The position numbers and the translations under genes were made by a program. Shown here one piece after another: positions 19,969-29,392 of a stretch of 64,000 nucleotides of DNA. The notes beneath the pieces are model-generated. The model saw only the letters and a program-made list of their open reading frames with translations. It did no database searches and was not told the origin of the DNA. The first letter of the stretch is position 1, and each line of letters begins with the position of its first letter. The stretch comes from Candidatus Manganitrophaceae bacterium (lineage in GTDB: Bacteria; Nitrospirota; Nitrospiria; SBBL01; Manganitrophaceae), in the NCBI GenBank assembly GCA_016200325.1, contig JACQEZ010000006.1, positions 30,302-94,301 of the forward strand, written 5' to 3'.

Positions 19969-21330
19969 ATGCTAAGTCATTCAGTACAAGTCATCTCTGC
20001 CAAAACATATGGAGAAGATCTCGATCGCTACCTGCCGGATACGCTCTTTTTACAAATTAAGCCGGGCGATACCGTCGTCCTGAAACCGAATTGGGTCAGC
20101 GAGTCACACAAGTATCGTCTCGATGATTGGGAATATGTCATCACCCATCCAGCCGTGATTACAGCCGTGTTGCGCAAAGTCCTGGCTCGGCTCGGTGGAG
20201 AGGGGAAGGTCATCATCACCGACGGTCCAACGACGGAGGCCTCGTTCGCCAAGCTGATCAGCCATTATCCGGTCGCCGATTGGAAAATGCTGGCGCACGA
20301 TGCGCATGTCGAACTGGAGGTCTTTGATCTACGAGAACACGAATGGGAGACCCGGGACGGAATCGTGGTAAAACGGATGGCGCTTCCAGGGGATCCGCGT
20401 GGGAAAACGGAGATTGACCTTGTGAATGAACTGAGTGAATTCCGTGGGCATCTAAAATCGAAGCGGGGCTACTGCGGCGCCGACTATGACTTAAGCGAGG
20501 TCAACCGGGCGCATGACGGCCACCACAATCTCTATAGCGTCTCCCGGAGTGTCCTGGAGGCCGATGTCTTCATTAACCTGCCGAAATTGAAGACCCACCG
20601 GAAAGCCGGTATTACCTGCTGCTTGAAGAACCTCGTCGGGATCAATACGTATAAGAATTATTTGCCGCATCATTCAGAGGGGGGTCCGTCCGAGGGGGGA
20701 GATCAATTTCCAACCGACAACGTCAATGCTAGACTCGAAGGTCCTTTGATGGCGTTCCTGAAACAGTATGTCCTGAAAAACCCGATGGTGGCCCGGGTAT
20801 TGAGCCCCCTCAATGCCGTCGGGCGGGCTGTTTTCGGAGACACCCGGGAGGTGATCCGGAGCGGGAACTGGTATGGCAATGACACCCTCTGGCGGATGGT
20901 TCTCGACCTGAACAAGGTCCTTTTCTATGGCAACCCCGATGGCACCCTTCGTCAAGATCTTTTGATCAATGCAAAATGCTATATCGGAATTGTGGATGCG
21001 ATTCTGGCGGGGGAAGGGCATGGTCCGCTGGCGCCGGAACCGGTGGAGATGGGATATCTCATTTGTGGAACCAATCCGGTAGCGATTGATGCCGTCAGTG
21101 CTTCTCTGATGGGATTTGATCCTCTTAAAATTCCGTGCATCGCCCGGGCCTTTCAGGTGGACCAGTATCGACTCTGCGATTTTAATCTGGAAGAAATCCG
21201 CGTTGAGGTGGACGGAGCAGCGTTTCTTATCCACGACCTTCCACAAGCGTATTGTATCTCCTGTGAACCGCAGTTCGGATGGAAAGGTCATATCGAGAAA
21301 ATAGAGTATGTGACCACTGCAGCAAATTAA
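19969..21330 (+). CDS. DUF362 domain-containing protein
   Basis: VVLKPNWV, ITHPAVI, DVFINLPKLKTH, ITCCLKNLVG, GEGHGP, NPVAIDAV motifs typical of DUF362. Confidence 0.8.
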   Translation: MLSHSVQVISAKTYGEDLDRYLPDTLFLQIKPGDTVVLKPNWVSESHKYRLDDWEYVITHPAVITAVLRKVLARLGGEGKVIITDGPTTEASFAKLISHYPVADWKMLAHDAHVELEVFDLREHEWETRDGIVVKRMALPGDPRGKTEIDLVNELSEFRGHLKSKRGYCGADYDLSEVNRAHDGHHNLYSVSRSVLEADVFINLPKLKTHRKAGITCCLKNLVGINTYKNYLPHHSEGGPSEGGDQFPTDNVNARLEGPLMAFLKQYVLKNPMVARVLSPLNAVGRAVFGDTREVIRSGNWYGNDTLWRMVLDLNKVLFYGNPDGTLRQDLLINAKCYIGIVDAILAGEGHGPLAPEPVEMGYLICGTNPVAIDAVSASLMGFDPLKIPCIARAFQVDQYRLCDFNLEEIRVEVDGAAFLIHDLPQAYCISCEPQFGWKGHIEKIEYVTTAAN

Positions 21331-21465
21331 TTTGGGATAGGAAGCTCCCTCGCGGGGAAGGGAGATGAGAGATCGGCGACAGAATTAACATTGAATTTAC
21401 ATCGAGTTCATTTTCTGATTCTTGGAAGACGGCATATTCATTTTCAATGGCGGATTAAAAAGTAG

Positions 21466-22941
21466 ATGATGGCGCTTCTTCATAACGTAAAAACCTGGAC
21501 CACACAGAACATTACCCGTCTGCCGATCGGGATGAATCGCTGGCTCCTGGCCCTCAACCGGAGACCCGATTACCTGTTCGGTGCGGAGTACACCCGTTAT
21601 CGGGGCTTTCTGCGAGAAGCGTCTGTTTTCTACGACAATACCCCTTCCCTTTTGGAAGCGGTGAACCGTGCAATAAAAGAGGTCGGCTATTACCGCGACG
21701 CTTACGGCGGGAAGAAGATACGCTCGGTTGCCGAATTTGAGGAGACAATCGGCTTTATCGATAAAGACACGATCTTGGAGAACTATGATCGGTTCGTCAG
21801 TCCAACGATTAACCTTGAGGCGTATGACACCGGGACCACCGGCGGGACCAGCGGCAAGCCGCTCACCTTCATCGCTCCCAAAAAGCGCTATGTGGTTGAG
21901 CTTGCCACGATGCATTCTCTTTGGGAGCAGGCGGGGTATGACTTCTCTGTCCGGGCGGTCATTCGGAACCATCGGCTGGAGGGCGACCGGGATTTTTTAA
22001 TTAATCCATTGACGCGGGAGGTGATCTTCGACGGCTTCCGTCTCACGGACGACTATTTTTTGTTCATCTATGAGACCCTTCGTCGTCTGAAAATTCGCTT
22101 CATCCACTGCTATCCGTCGACCGCGTATGAGTTCGCGACTTTTATTCATCGGAAGGGGCTTGATCCCTCTCTGATTACGGCGTTCCTCTCCGGTTCGGAA
22201 AATATTTTCGACTATCAGTTGGAGCTCATTCAGAACCGACTCGGAATCCGCTTTTACAATTGGTATGGCCACAGTGAAAAACTGGTTTTGGCCGGCTACT
22301 GCGCCGGGACCGACCACTATCATGTAGAGCCGACCTACGGCTATTTCGAGCTGATCGACGAAAAAGGCCGCGTCGTCCGCGAACCGGGGGGGCAAGGGGA
22401 GATCGTCGGAACCTCCTTCCACAACCCCGGGATGCCATTCATTCGATATCGGACCGGCGACGTTGCCGAACTCGTCGGCGATCACTGCGACGCGTGTGGG
22501 CGCCGGCTTCCGGTTCTCAAGGACATTCAAGGGCGCTGGAGCGGCAATCGGATCTACAATGGAGACGGAACCTTCGTGACCACGACCGCCTTGAACCTCC
22601 ACAACGAACTGTATCAAGTCATCAACGGCATTCAATATCTGCAGGAGCGAAAAGGGGAGCTGACCGTGTTGGTGGTCAAATCCTCCGATTACAGGGAGGG
22701 CCATGAAGCCTCTCTTTACCGCCATTTTAAAGAGAAACTTCATCCCGAGACGGTAGTGACAATCCAATATACCGATCGACTGCTGCGCAAACCGAACGGC
22801 AAGTTCGTCCATATCCTCAGCAGCGTCGACGCCGGCGCACTCCATCCTGTTCCTGATTCGTTGGAGAGAGAGTCGAAGGGGGTGCACAGGGGATCGGCGG
22901 AAATCGATCGAGATCGAATAGACATTTTGAGGGGAAAATGA
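21466..22941 (+). CDS. Phenylacetate-CoA ligase / CapK-like adenylate-forming enzyme
   Basis: ANL motifs TTGGTSGKP (P-loop), YGHSE, FIRYRTGD, IQGR, NGKF. Confidence 0.85.
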   Translation: MMALLHNVKTWTTQNITRLPIGMNRWLLALNRRPDYLFGAEYTRYRGFLREASVFYDNTPSLLEAVNRAIKEVGYYRDAYGGKKIRSVAEFEETIGFIDKDTILENYDRFVSPTINLEAYDTGTTGGTSGKPLTFIAPKKRYVVELATMHSLWEQAGYDFSVRAVIRNHRLEGDRDFLINPLTREVIFDGFRLTDDYFLFIYETLRRLKIRFIHCYPSTAYEFATFIHRKGLDPSLITAFLSGSENIFDYQLELIQNRLGIRFYNWYGHSEKLVLAGYCAGTDHYHVEPTYGYFELIDEKGRVVREPGGQGEIVGTSFHNPGMPFIRYRTGDVAELVGDHCDACGRRLPVLKDIQGRWSGNRIYNGDGTFVTTTALNLHNELYQVINGIQYLQERKGELTVLVVKSSDYREGHEASLYRHFKEKLHPETVVTIQYTDRLLRKPNGKFVHILSSVDAGALHPVPDSLERESKGVHRGSAEIDRDRIDILRGK

Positions 22942-25088
22942 AACAGATCATTCAAAATTACCGAACCGGCGTTTTAAAGGTAGACGAGGTTCCGGCGCCG
23001 ACCGTCCGCGAAGGCGGCCTTCTCGTTGAGAACCAGGCCTCTCTGATCAGCGCCGGCACGGAGCGCTCGACGGTCCAGGTGGCGCAAAAGAGCTTGGCGG
23101 GAAAAGCGATGGACCGGCCTGACCTGGTGAAAAAAGTGCTCGCCAAAATCAAGAAAGAGGGGATCACCGACACGTTGAGGATGGTCTTTGAGCGGCTCGA
23201 CACCCCCGCGGCGCTCGGCTACAGCTGCGCCGGGACGGTGCTGGAGATGGGAAAGAAGGTCGAGGGGTTCTCGGTCGGCGACCGGGTCGCCTGCGCCGGG
23301 CAGAATTACGCCTCCCATGCCGGCATCGTCTTTGTCCCGATGAATCTCTCCGTCAAAATTCCGGACGGGGTCGATTTTGAGGAGGCATCATTCGTGGCGC
23401 TCGGCGCGATCGCCCTGCAGGGGGTCCGCCAAGCCGAGCCGCAGTTGGGCGACCGGATCGCCGTGATCGGACTCGGTCTGCTCGGCCAGCTGACCGTCCA
23501 GCTGCTGAAGGCGGCCGGATGTCACGTCGTGGCAACCGATCTCGATCCGGAAAAGTTGATCCTCGCCAAAGCGCTCGGCGCCGACGAGGCGGTCGGGCCC
23601 GATCGGTTGGTCGATGCAGCCGCCGATGTCACGCTAGGGCAGGGGGTCGATGCGGTCATCATCACCGCGAGCACCAAAGAGAATGGTCCGGTCGAGGTGG
23701 CCGGAACGATCTGCCGGAGAAAAGGACGGGTCATCGTCGTCGGGGCGGTCGGAATGACCCTCCCCCGCGAGCCCTATTACAAGAAGGAGCTGGAGCTGCG
23801 CCTCTCCACTTCGTATGGACCGGGCCGGTACGATGCCGATTATGAAGAGAAGGGGCACGACTATCCCTACGGCTATGTCCGCTGGACCGAGCGGCGGAAC
23901 ATGGAGGCCTTTCTGCACCTGATTCAGCAGAAGAAGATCGATGTCAAACGGCTGGTCACCCACCGCTATCCGATTCAGGAGGCGGAGCAGGCGTATCAGA
24001 TGATGATGGAAAACCGGGAGCCGTACCTCGGCATTCTGGTCGTCTATCCTCCGGAAGAGCGCCGCCCGCAGGATCGGACGATCCAGCTCCGCCCGGCGAA
24101 GCAGACCGGGACGCTGCAGCTCGGCATCGTCGGGGCGGGGAGCCATGTCAAAGACCGCCTCCTCCCCAAGCTGGCCGAGATGAAAGAGGTGACCCTCCGC
24201 GCCATCTGCACCGGCAACGGGCTGCATGCCAAGGCGGTTGCCGAGAAGAGCGGCGCGGTGTACTGCTCCAGCGACTATCGAGAAGTTTTGAAAGATGACG
24301 CCGTGACGGCCGTCTTGATCGGCACGCGCCATCAGGATCATGGAACGATGGTGGTCGAATCGCTCCGAGCCGGGAAACATGTCTTTGTCGAAAAGCCGCT
24401 CTGCCTGACGGAGGCGGAGCTCGAGGAGATCGCTGCAGTCTATTCGGCGAAGGCGAACGACGGGCTCCAACTGATGGTCGGGTTCAACCGGCGGTTCTCT
24501 CCCCACATGGAAGAGGCGAGACGCTTCTTTCAGGGGAGGAGGAACCCGCTGGTGATGTTGTATCGGGTGAACGCCGGGGCGATTCCGCCGGAGCATTGGA
24601 TCCAGGACCCCGAGATCGGCGGGGGACGGATCGTCGGAGAAGGATGTCATTTTATCGATTTCATGCAGGCGCTCTGCGGCGCACCCGCCACCTCAGTGCA
24701 GGGTCGGAAGATCGGGCAACACAGCTCCGGGTTGACCGAGGACCAGAGCCTTCTCTCCTTGACCTTCGGCGACGGCTCGATCGGCACCCTATTATACGCA
24801 GCGGGAGGAGATCCTTCCCTTCCGAAGGAGCGATTCGAGGCGTTCGGGGATGGAAAGGCCTGGGTGATGGACGATTTCGTCGCCTCCGAATTTCACGCGA
24901 ACGGGAAGCAGAGCAAATTCAAATCGGGAAAGCAGGACAAAGGGTTTCAAGGAGAGCTCGCTCAGTTTGTCGAATCGGTGCTCCGGGGATCGGGTCCGGC
25001 GATCCCGTTTGAAGAGATCCGGGCGGTCACCCTGGCCTGTCTGCGGGGGGTCGAGAGTTTTAAAACCGGTCAGGTCTATTCGCTTTAG
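22938..25088 (+). CDS. Bi-domain oxidoreductase (MDR-type dehydrogenase + Gfo/Idh/MocA)
   Basis: LGYSCAG, GLGLLG Rossmann motif. Second domain GIVGAG, HVFVEKPL, VGFNRRF. Confidence 0.88.
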   Translation: MKQIIQNYRTGVLKVDEVPAPTVREGGLLVENQASLISAGTERSTVQVAQKSLAGKAMDRPDLVKKVLAKIKKEGITDTLRMVFERLDTPAALGYSCAGTVLEMGKKVEGFSVGDRVACAGQNYASHAGIVFVPMNLSVKIPDGVDFEEASFVALGAIALQGVRQAEPQLGDRIAVIGLGLLGQLTVQLLKAAGCHVVATDLDPEKLILAKALGADEAVGPDRLVDAAADVTLGQGVDAVIITASTKENGPVEVAGTICRRKGRVIVVGAVGMTLPREPYYKKELELRLSTSYGPGRYDADYEEKGHDYPYGYVRWTERRNMEAFLHLIQQKKIDVKRLVTHRYPIQEAEQAYQMMMENREPYLGILVVYPPEERRPQDRTIQLRPAKQTGTLQLGIVGAGSHVKDRLLPKLAEMKEVTLRAICTGNGLHAKAVAEKSGAVYCSSDYREVLKDDAVTAVLIGTRHQDHGTMVVESLRAGKHVFVEKPLCLTEAELEEIAAVYSAKANDGLQLMVGFNRRFSPHMEEARRFFQGRRNPLVMLYRVNAGAIPPEHWIQDPEIGGGRIVGEGCHFIDFMQALCGAPATSVQGRKIGQHSSGLTEDQSLLSLTFGDGSIGTLLYAAGGDPSLPKERFEAFGDGKAWVMDDFVASEFHANGKQSKFKSGKQDKGFQGELAQFVESVLRGSGPAIPFEEIRAVTLACLRGVESFKTGQVYSL

Positions 25089-25095
25089 GAAGAGG

Positions 25096-27024
25096 ATGGC
25101 ACAAGTAAAAGGGAAAATGGGGGGTCTTCGATGGGTGGTCCGGCGTCTGCGGGCGATGGGTCCGGCCGAGCTGGTTCATCGCGTCGGCGAGCAATGCGCC
25201 CTTCGGGTGATGCAGGTGCAGCACCGGATCGGCCGAAAACAGGCGCGGCAGCGGTATGTCGATGTCTCGGCGTTTGAGTTCTGCTTCGGCACAAAGCCGA
25301 GGCTTCCGGAGCTTCAATGGTCTTTTCCAAAAGATCCGGCGCTCGCCGAACAGCTCCTTGCAGGGAAGCTCCCCGGATTCGGATTCGAGTGGCAATGGCG
25401 GCCGGAGGCCGGGGTCTGGCATGCCGCTCCCGACACCGGGCGCGAATGGCCTTCGGTTTTTTTCGGCGCGATTCGCTACCGGCCGGGCAATCCATATGGG
25501 GATATTCGGATCGCTTGGGAGCCCGCCCGCCTTCAGCAGTTGGTCGGGCTGGCATTGTTGGCGAAGCAGTCGTCGCCCGAAATCAGCGATCGGGCGGTGG
25601 CGCTGCTGGAAGCGCAGCTCCTCTCCTGGGTGGAGGCCAACCGGTTCGGGGTCGGGATTCATTATATCTCCGCGATGGAGTGCGCGCTTCGCCTGATCGC
25701 CGTCTGCCATGCCCTCGACCTCGTTCGGGAGAAATTGCAGCAGCCCGACCGGATCTGGCCGACCTTGGTCGGGCTGGTGGAGAGCCATGCGGCGCTGATC
25801 GCCAAGCGGTTGTCGCTCCACTCCTCTGCCGGAAACCATACGATCGCGGAAGCGGCCGGGCTCGTCTATGCCGGCTTCCTTTTCCCGGAGCTGCAGGGGG
25901 CGACCCGGTGGCGGTCGCGCGGTCTCGCCTTGTTGGAAGAGGAGGCGAACCATCAAATTTTGCCCGACGGCGGCGGGGTCGAACAGGCGTTCGGCTATCT
26001 TCGCTTTATCCTCGATCTCTATGGGCTCGTGATGGAATTGCTCGATTGCAAGCAGCGGATGATTCCGCAGACCATCCGAGCGGCCGTTCAGCGGGGCGGT
26101 CGCTTTCTCGGCGCAATGCAAGGGGGAGCGGCGCGGCCTCCCTCGATCGGGGATGACGACCGGGGCGCGGCCCTCTCTCCCTATTTACGGTGGTCTTGGG
26201 ATCAGACAGGATGGGACCCCGGCTGGACCGCTTTCAAGGAGAGCGGCTATTCGCTCTTCTGCGGCGACGGGAGTCCAAGCGGTCGGACCGAAAAGAGCAC
26301 CCTTCTCTTCGATCATGGCGGGCTGGGGATGGCGCCGTTGTATGGCCATGGCCATGCCGATGCGCTGTCGGTCACCCTCCGGAGGGGCGAAACGGAGATG
26401 CTGGTCGATCCGGGAACCTATACTTACAACGGAGAGGCCCGGTGGCGGGCGTACTTCCGGGGAACCGCGGCGCACAATACGGTCACGGTCGATGGCCTCG
26501 ATCAGGCGGTTCAGGAGAGCCCATTCATTTGGTCCAAACCATTCCGAGCCAAGATCGTCCGACGCGAAGAGATTCCGGGCGGCGGGGTGCGCCTGCTCGC
26601 CCGCCACAATGGCTATGCGCGAATCGGGGTGACCCATTGGCGGGCGGTGGTCTACCAGCCGCCGCGCGGGTGGCTGATCTGGGACTGGCTCTCCGGCGAA
26701 GGAGAGCATACGTTGGAGCTGCATTGGCATCTCGGCCTCACGCCGGAGAAAGAGGGAACGTCCCTTTTCCTCTCGCATCCGACGGAGCGGCTTTCGCTTT
26801 CAGTGGAGGGGGGGGATCTCACCTTGCATCGGGGGGAGACCGAGCCGATCTTGGGGTGGCAATCGCCCGGCTATGGGATAAAGGAGCCGATCACGACCGC
26901 GCGGGTCCGCTATCGCGGATCGCTGCCGCACGAGTTTATCACCCGGATCGGGATCCCCTCTCTTTCGGAAAAGGATCCTGGAATTTCGGAAGCGCTCTCT
27001 TTGTTGCGGAGGTGGGTTTCATGA
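25096..27024 (+). CDS. Heparinase II/III family (alginate/oligosaccharide lyase-like) protein
   Basis: WEPARLQQL, GNHTIAEAAG, HGHADALS, VDPGTYTY, HNTVTVDG. Start placed at ATG 25096 (AGGAAGAGG RBS). Confidence 0.85.
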   Translation: MAQVKGKMGGLRWVVRRLRAMGPAELVHRVGEQCALRVMQVQHRIGRKQARQRYVDVSAFEFCFGTKPRLPELQWSFPKDPALAEQLLAGKLPGFGFEWQWRPEAGVWHAAPDTGREWPSVFFGAIRYRPGNPYGDIRIAWEPARLQQLVGLALLAKQSSPEISDRAVALLEAQLLSWVEANRFGVGIHYISAMECALRLIAVCHALDLVREKLQQPDRIWPTLVGLVESHAALIAKRLSLHSSAGNHTIAEAAGLVYAGFLFPELQGATRWRSRGLALLEEEANHQILPDGGGVEQAFGYLRFILDLYGLVMELLDCKQRMIPQTIRAAVQRGGRFLGAMQGGAARPPSIGDDDRGAALSPYLRWSWDQTGWDPGWTAFKESGYSLFCGDGSPSGRTEKSTLLFDHGGLGMAPLYGHGHADALSVTLRRGETEMLVDPGTYTYNGEARWRAYFRGTAAHNTVTVDGLDQAVQESPFIWSKPFRAKIVRREEIPGGGVRLLARHNGYARIGVTHWRAVVYQPPRGWLIWDWLSGEGEHTLELHWHLGLTPEKEGTSLFLSHPTERLSLSVEGGDLTLHRGETEPILGWQSPGYGIKEPITTARVRYRGSLPHEFITRIGIPSLSEKDPGISEALSLLRRWVS

Positions 27025-27755
27025 GCGCGGAGCGGATCGACATCCTCGGGGTCCCGACCGACTGCGTCGATATGAGCCGGGCCTTGGAGCGGGTGGAGGC
27101 GATGGTCGCGGGAAACCGGCCGGAAACGGTAATCGCAGTCAACCCCGAGAAGGTGATCAAGGCGAGACAAGATCCGCGGCTTCTGAGCCAACTGAGGAGA
27201 GCCGGTCTGTTGATTCCGGACGGCATCGGGGTGGTCCTGGCGGCGCGGTTCCTCCGGCTCGGCCGGATGGACCGGGTTCCCGGATCGGAATTGATGCCGG
27301 CAATCTGCGAGCGGGCGGCTCAAAAGGGCTATTCGATCTTTCTCTTTGGAGGAAGCCCGGAAGTGAATGCGCAGACGGCCGAGGTGCTTCGCAAACGCCT
27401 TCCTCAGATTCGGATCGTGGGGCGCCAGCATGGCTATGTGGCGGAGGAGGAGATGCCGGCGGTGATCGGAAAAATCAATGCGTCGGGGGCCGAGATCCTC
27501 TTCGTCGCCTTGGGAAGCCCGAAGCAAGAACTCTGGATGGAACGCTATCTTCCCGAGCTTCGAATCAAGGTCTGCCAGGGGGTCGGCGGAACGTTTGATG
27601 TCCTCTCGGGCCGGGTAAAGCGGGCGCCGCTCTTTTTTCGAAGGCTCCATCTGGAATGGTTCTACCGGTTGGCCTCTCAACCGAAACGGCTTGTGCGACA
27701 GACCGCCCTGCCGAAATTTGCATTTTTGGTATTGCGACAAAAGGTAACCGGGTAA
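27021..27755 (+). CDS. WecB/TagA/CpsF family glycosyltransferase (WecG-like)
   Basis: IAVNPEKV, IPDGIGVV, RVPGSELM, FVALGSPKQELW, GVGGTFD, RAP...LEWFYRL. ATG 27021 overlaps the upstream stop (ATGA). Confidence 0.92.
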   Translation: MSAERIDILGVPTDCVDMSRALERVEAMVAGNRPETVIAVNPEKVIKARQDPRLLSQLRRAGLLIPDGIGVVLAARFLRLGRMDRVPGSELMPAICERAAQKGYSIFLFGGSPEVNAQTAEVLRKRLPQIRIVGRQHGYVAEEEMPAVIGKINASGAEILFVALGSPKQELWMERYLPELRIKVCQGVGGTFDVLSGRVKRAPLFFRRLHLEWFYRLASQPKRLVRQTALPKFAFLVLRQKVTG

Positions 27756-27760
27756 CCGTG

Positions 27761-29362
27761 ATGCGTCTCCGTTCGAAACCGCTCTTTTCAAATCGATTCT
27801 TTTGGCTCGGCATGGTCATTCCCGCCGTTCTTCTTGGAATCATATACAGCAAAGGGATTGCGTATATGGTCTACAAGTGGTCCGCCGACGAGAATTACGG
27901 CCACGGCTTTTTCGTCCCGCTGATCAGTCTCGCCCTTCTCTGGCAGCGGCGACAGCGCCTCCGGGAGATGTCGCCGCAAGGGTCGTGGTGGGGAATTCCG
28001 GTCCTCCTGGTCGGGGTGGCCTTCTACCTCGTCGGCGAGCTGACCACCCTCTATGTCCTGGTCCATCTGTCGCTCTGGATCGTCTTGATCGGCCTCACCC
28101 TTGCCGCCCTTGGGCGGGAGGGGACGCGGGCGATCGCTTTTCCGATCTTCTATCTCCTTGCGATGATTCCGCTCCCCGATTTCATCAACCAGGGGCTCTC
28201 GGGCCGCCTGCAGCTGGTCTCCTCGGCGCTCGGGGTCGGCTGCCTTCAATGGGTCGGCGTGACCGCCTTCCGCGAGGGGAATGTCATCGACCTCGGGCCG
28301 ATCCAGCTCCAGGTGGTGGAGGCCTGCAGCGGGCTCCGATACCTCTTCCCCCTGGCGACGTTCGCGTTGCTCTGCGCCTATCTTTTTAAAGACCGTTTCT
28401 GGAAACGGGCCGTTCTCTTTCTCTCCAGCCTCCCGATCGCCGTTTTCTTGAACGGATTCCGTATCGGGATGACCGGGGTGCTGGTCGAGCTTTACGGAAA
28501 GAGAACGGCGGAGGGATTTTTCCACAGCTTTTCGGGATGGCTCCTTTTCATGGTCTGTCTCTCCCTCCTCTTCGGGGAGATGTGGCTTCTCAGCCGGATC
28601 GGCGTGGGAGGAAAGCCCCGCCCCTTTCGAGAGTGGTTCGGGAAGAGCGCCGATTCTCCGGGAAAAGGGTCGACGCGATCGGAAGGACCCCCTCGAAGAT
28701 TCGCGATTCCGGCCCTCTCGGCCCCGACCTATCTTTTCTCATTGGCATTGCTGGTCCCGGTCCTCCTCCTCTCGTTTCAGCTGGAAGCGCGGGAAGAGAT
28801 CGTCCCCCCCCGCCTTTTCTTTTCCGATTTTCCGATGCGGGTCGCCGGATGGAAGGGAAAGCCGCTCGTGATGGACCAGGCTTATCGGGAGGCGCTCCGC
28901 TTCGACGATTATCTTCTCGCCAACTATCAGCAGCCGGGCGATCCTCCCGTCAACCTCTACGCCGCCTACTATCGTTCTCAGAAAAAGGGGCAGTCGGCGC
29001 ATTCGCCCCGAACCTGCATTCCGGGCGGGGGATGGGAGATCACATCGCTCAAAGAGATGCAGATCGACGGCCCGGCGGCGGGGAAAGAGGCGCTGCAGGT
29101 CAATCGGGTCTTGATTCAAAAAGGGCAAGAACGGCAGGTTGTTTTTTACTGGTTCCAACAACGGGGAAGGATGCTTACCAACGAATACCTCGTGAAGTTT
29201 TATCTTCTCTGGGATGCACTGATGAAAAACCGGACCGACGGGGCGTTGGTTCGGTTAACGGTGCCGCTCCCGGCAGGGTCGGACGATGCCGCCGCCGACC
29301 AGAAGCTGATGCAATTTGCAAAAACGGTCCGTCCGCTGTTGGACCGATATATTCCAGAATAG
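27761..29362 (+). CDS. xrtD: Exosortase fused to EpsI domain, VPLPA-CTERM-specific type
   Basis: NYGHG, REGNVIDLGPIQLQVVEACSGLRYLFPL (catalytic Cys), NGFR (Arg), FFHSF (His). C-terminal EpsI (DDYL, HSPRTCIPGGGW, YWFQQRGR, RTDGALVR). A VPLPA substrate lies in the same locus. Confidence 0.82.
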   Translation: MRLRSKPLFSNRFFWLGMVIPAVLLGIIYSKGIAYMVYKWSADENYGHGFFVPLISLALLWQRRQRLREMSPQGSWWGIPVLLVGVAFYLVGELTTLYVLVHLSLWIVLIGLTLAALGREGTRAIAFPIFYLLAMIPLPDFINQGLSGRLQLVSSALGVGCLQWVGVTAFREGNVIDLGPIQLQVVEACSGLRYLFPLATFALLCAYLFKDRFWKRAVLFLSSLPIAVFLNGFRIGMTGVLVELYGKRTAEGFFHSFSGWLLFMVCLSLLFGEMWLLSRIGVGGKPRPFREWFGKSADSPGKGSTRSEGPPRRFAIPALSAPTYLFSLALLVPVLLLSFQLEAREEIVPPRLFFSDFPMRVAGWKGKPLVMDQAYREALRFDDYLLANYQQPGDPPVNLYAAYYRSQKKGQSAHSPRTCIPGGGWEITSLKEMQIDGPAAGKEALQVNRVLIQKGQERQVVFYWFQQRGRMLTNEYLVKFYLLWDALMKNRTDGALVRLTVPLPAGSDDAAADQKLMQFAKTVRPLLDRYIPE

Positions 29363-29392
29363 AGACCCAAGGATGGGAGAAAGTGCAATCAG

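Noticed and set aside
24967-27755. Long N-terminal extensions in track ORFs 24967 and 26190 (also 27656, 38272, 39476, 42109, 52092, 53646)
   Set aside because: They overlap upstream genes or promoters; downstream ATGs with clear RBSs fit the family lengths.
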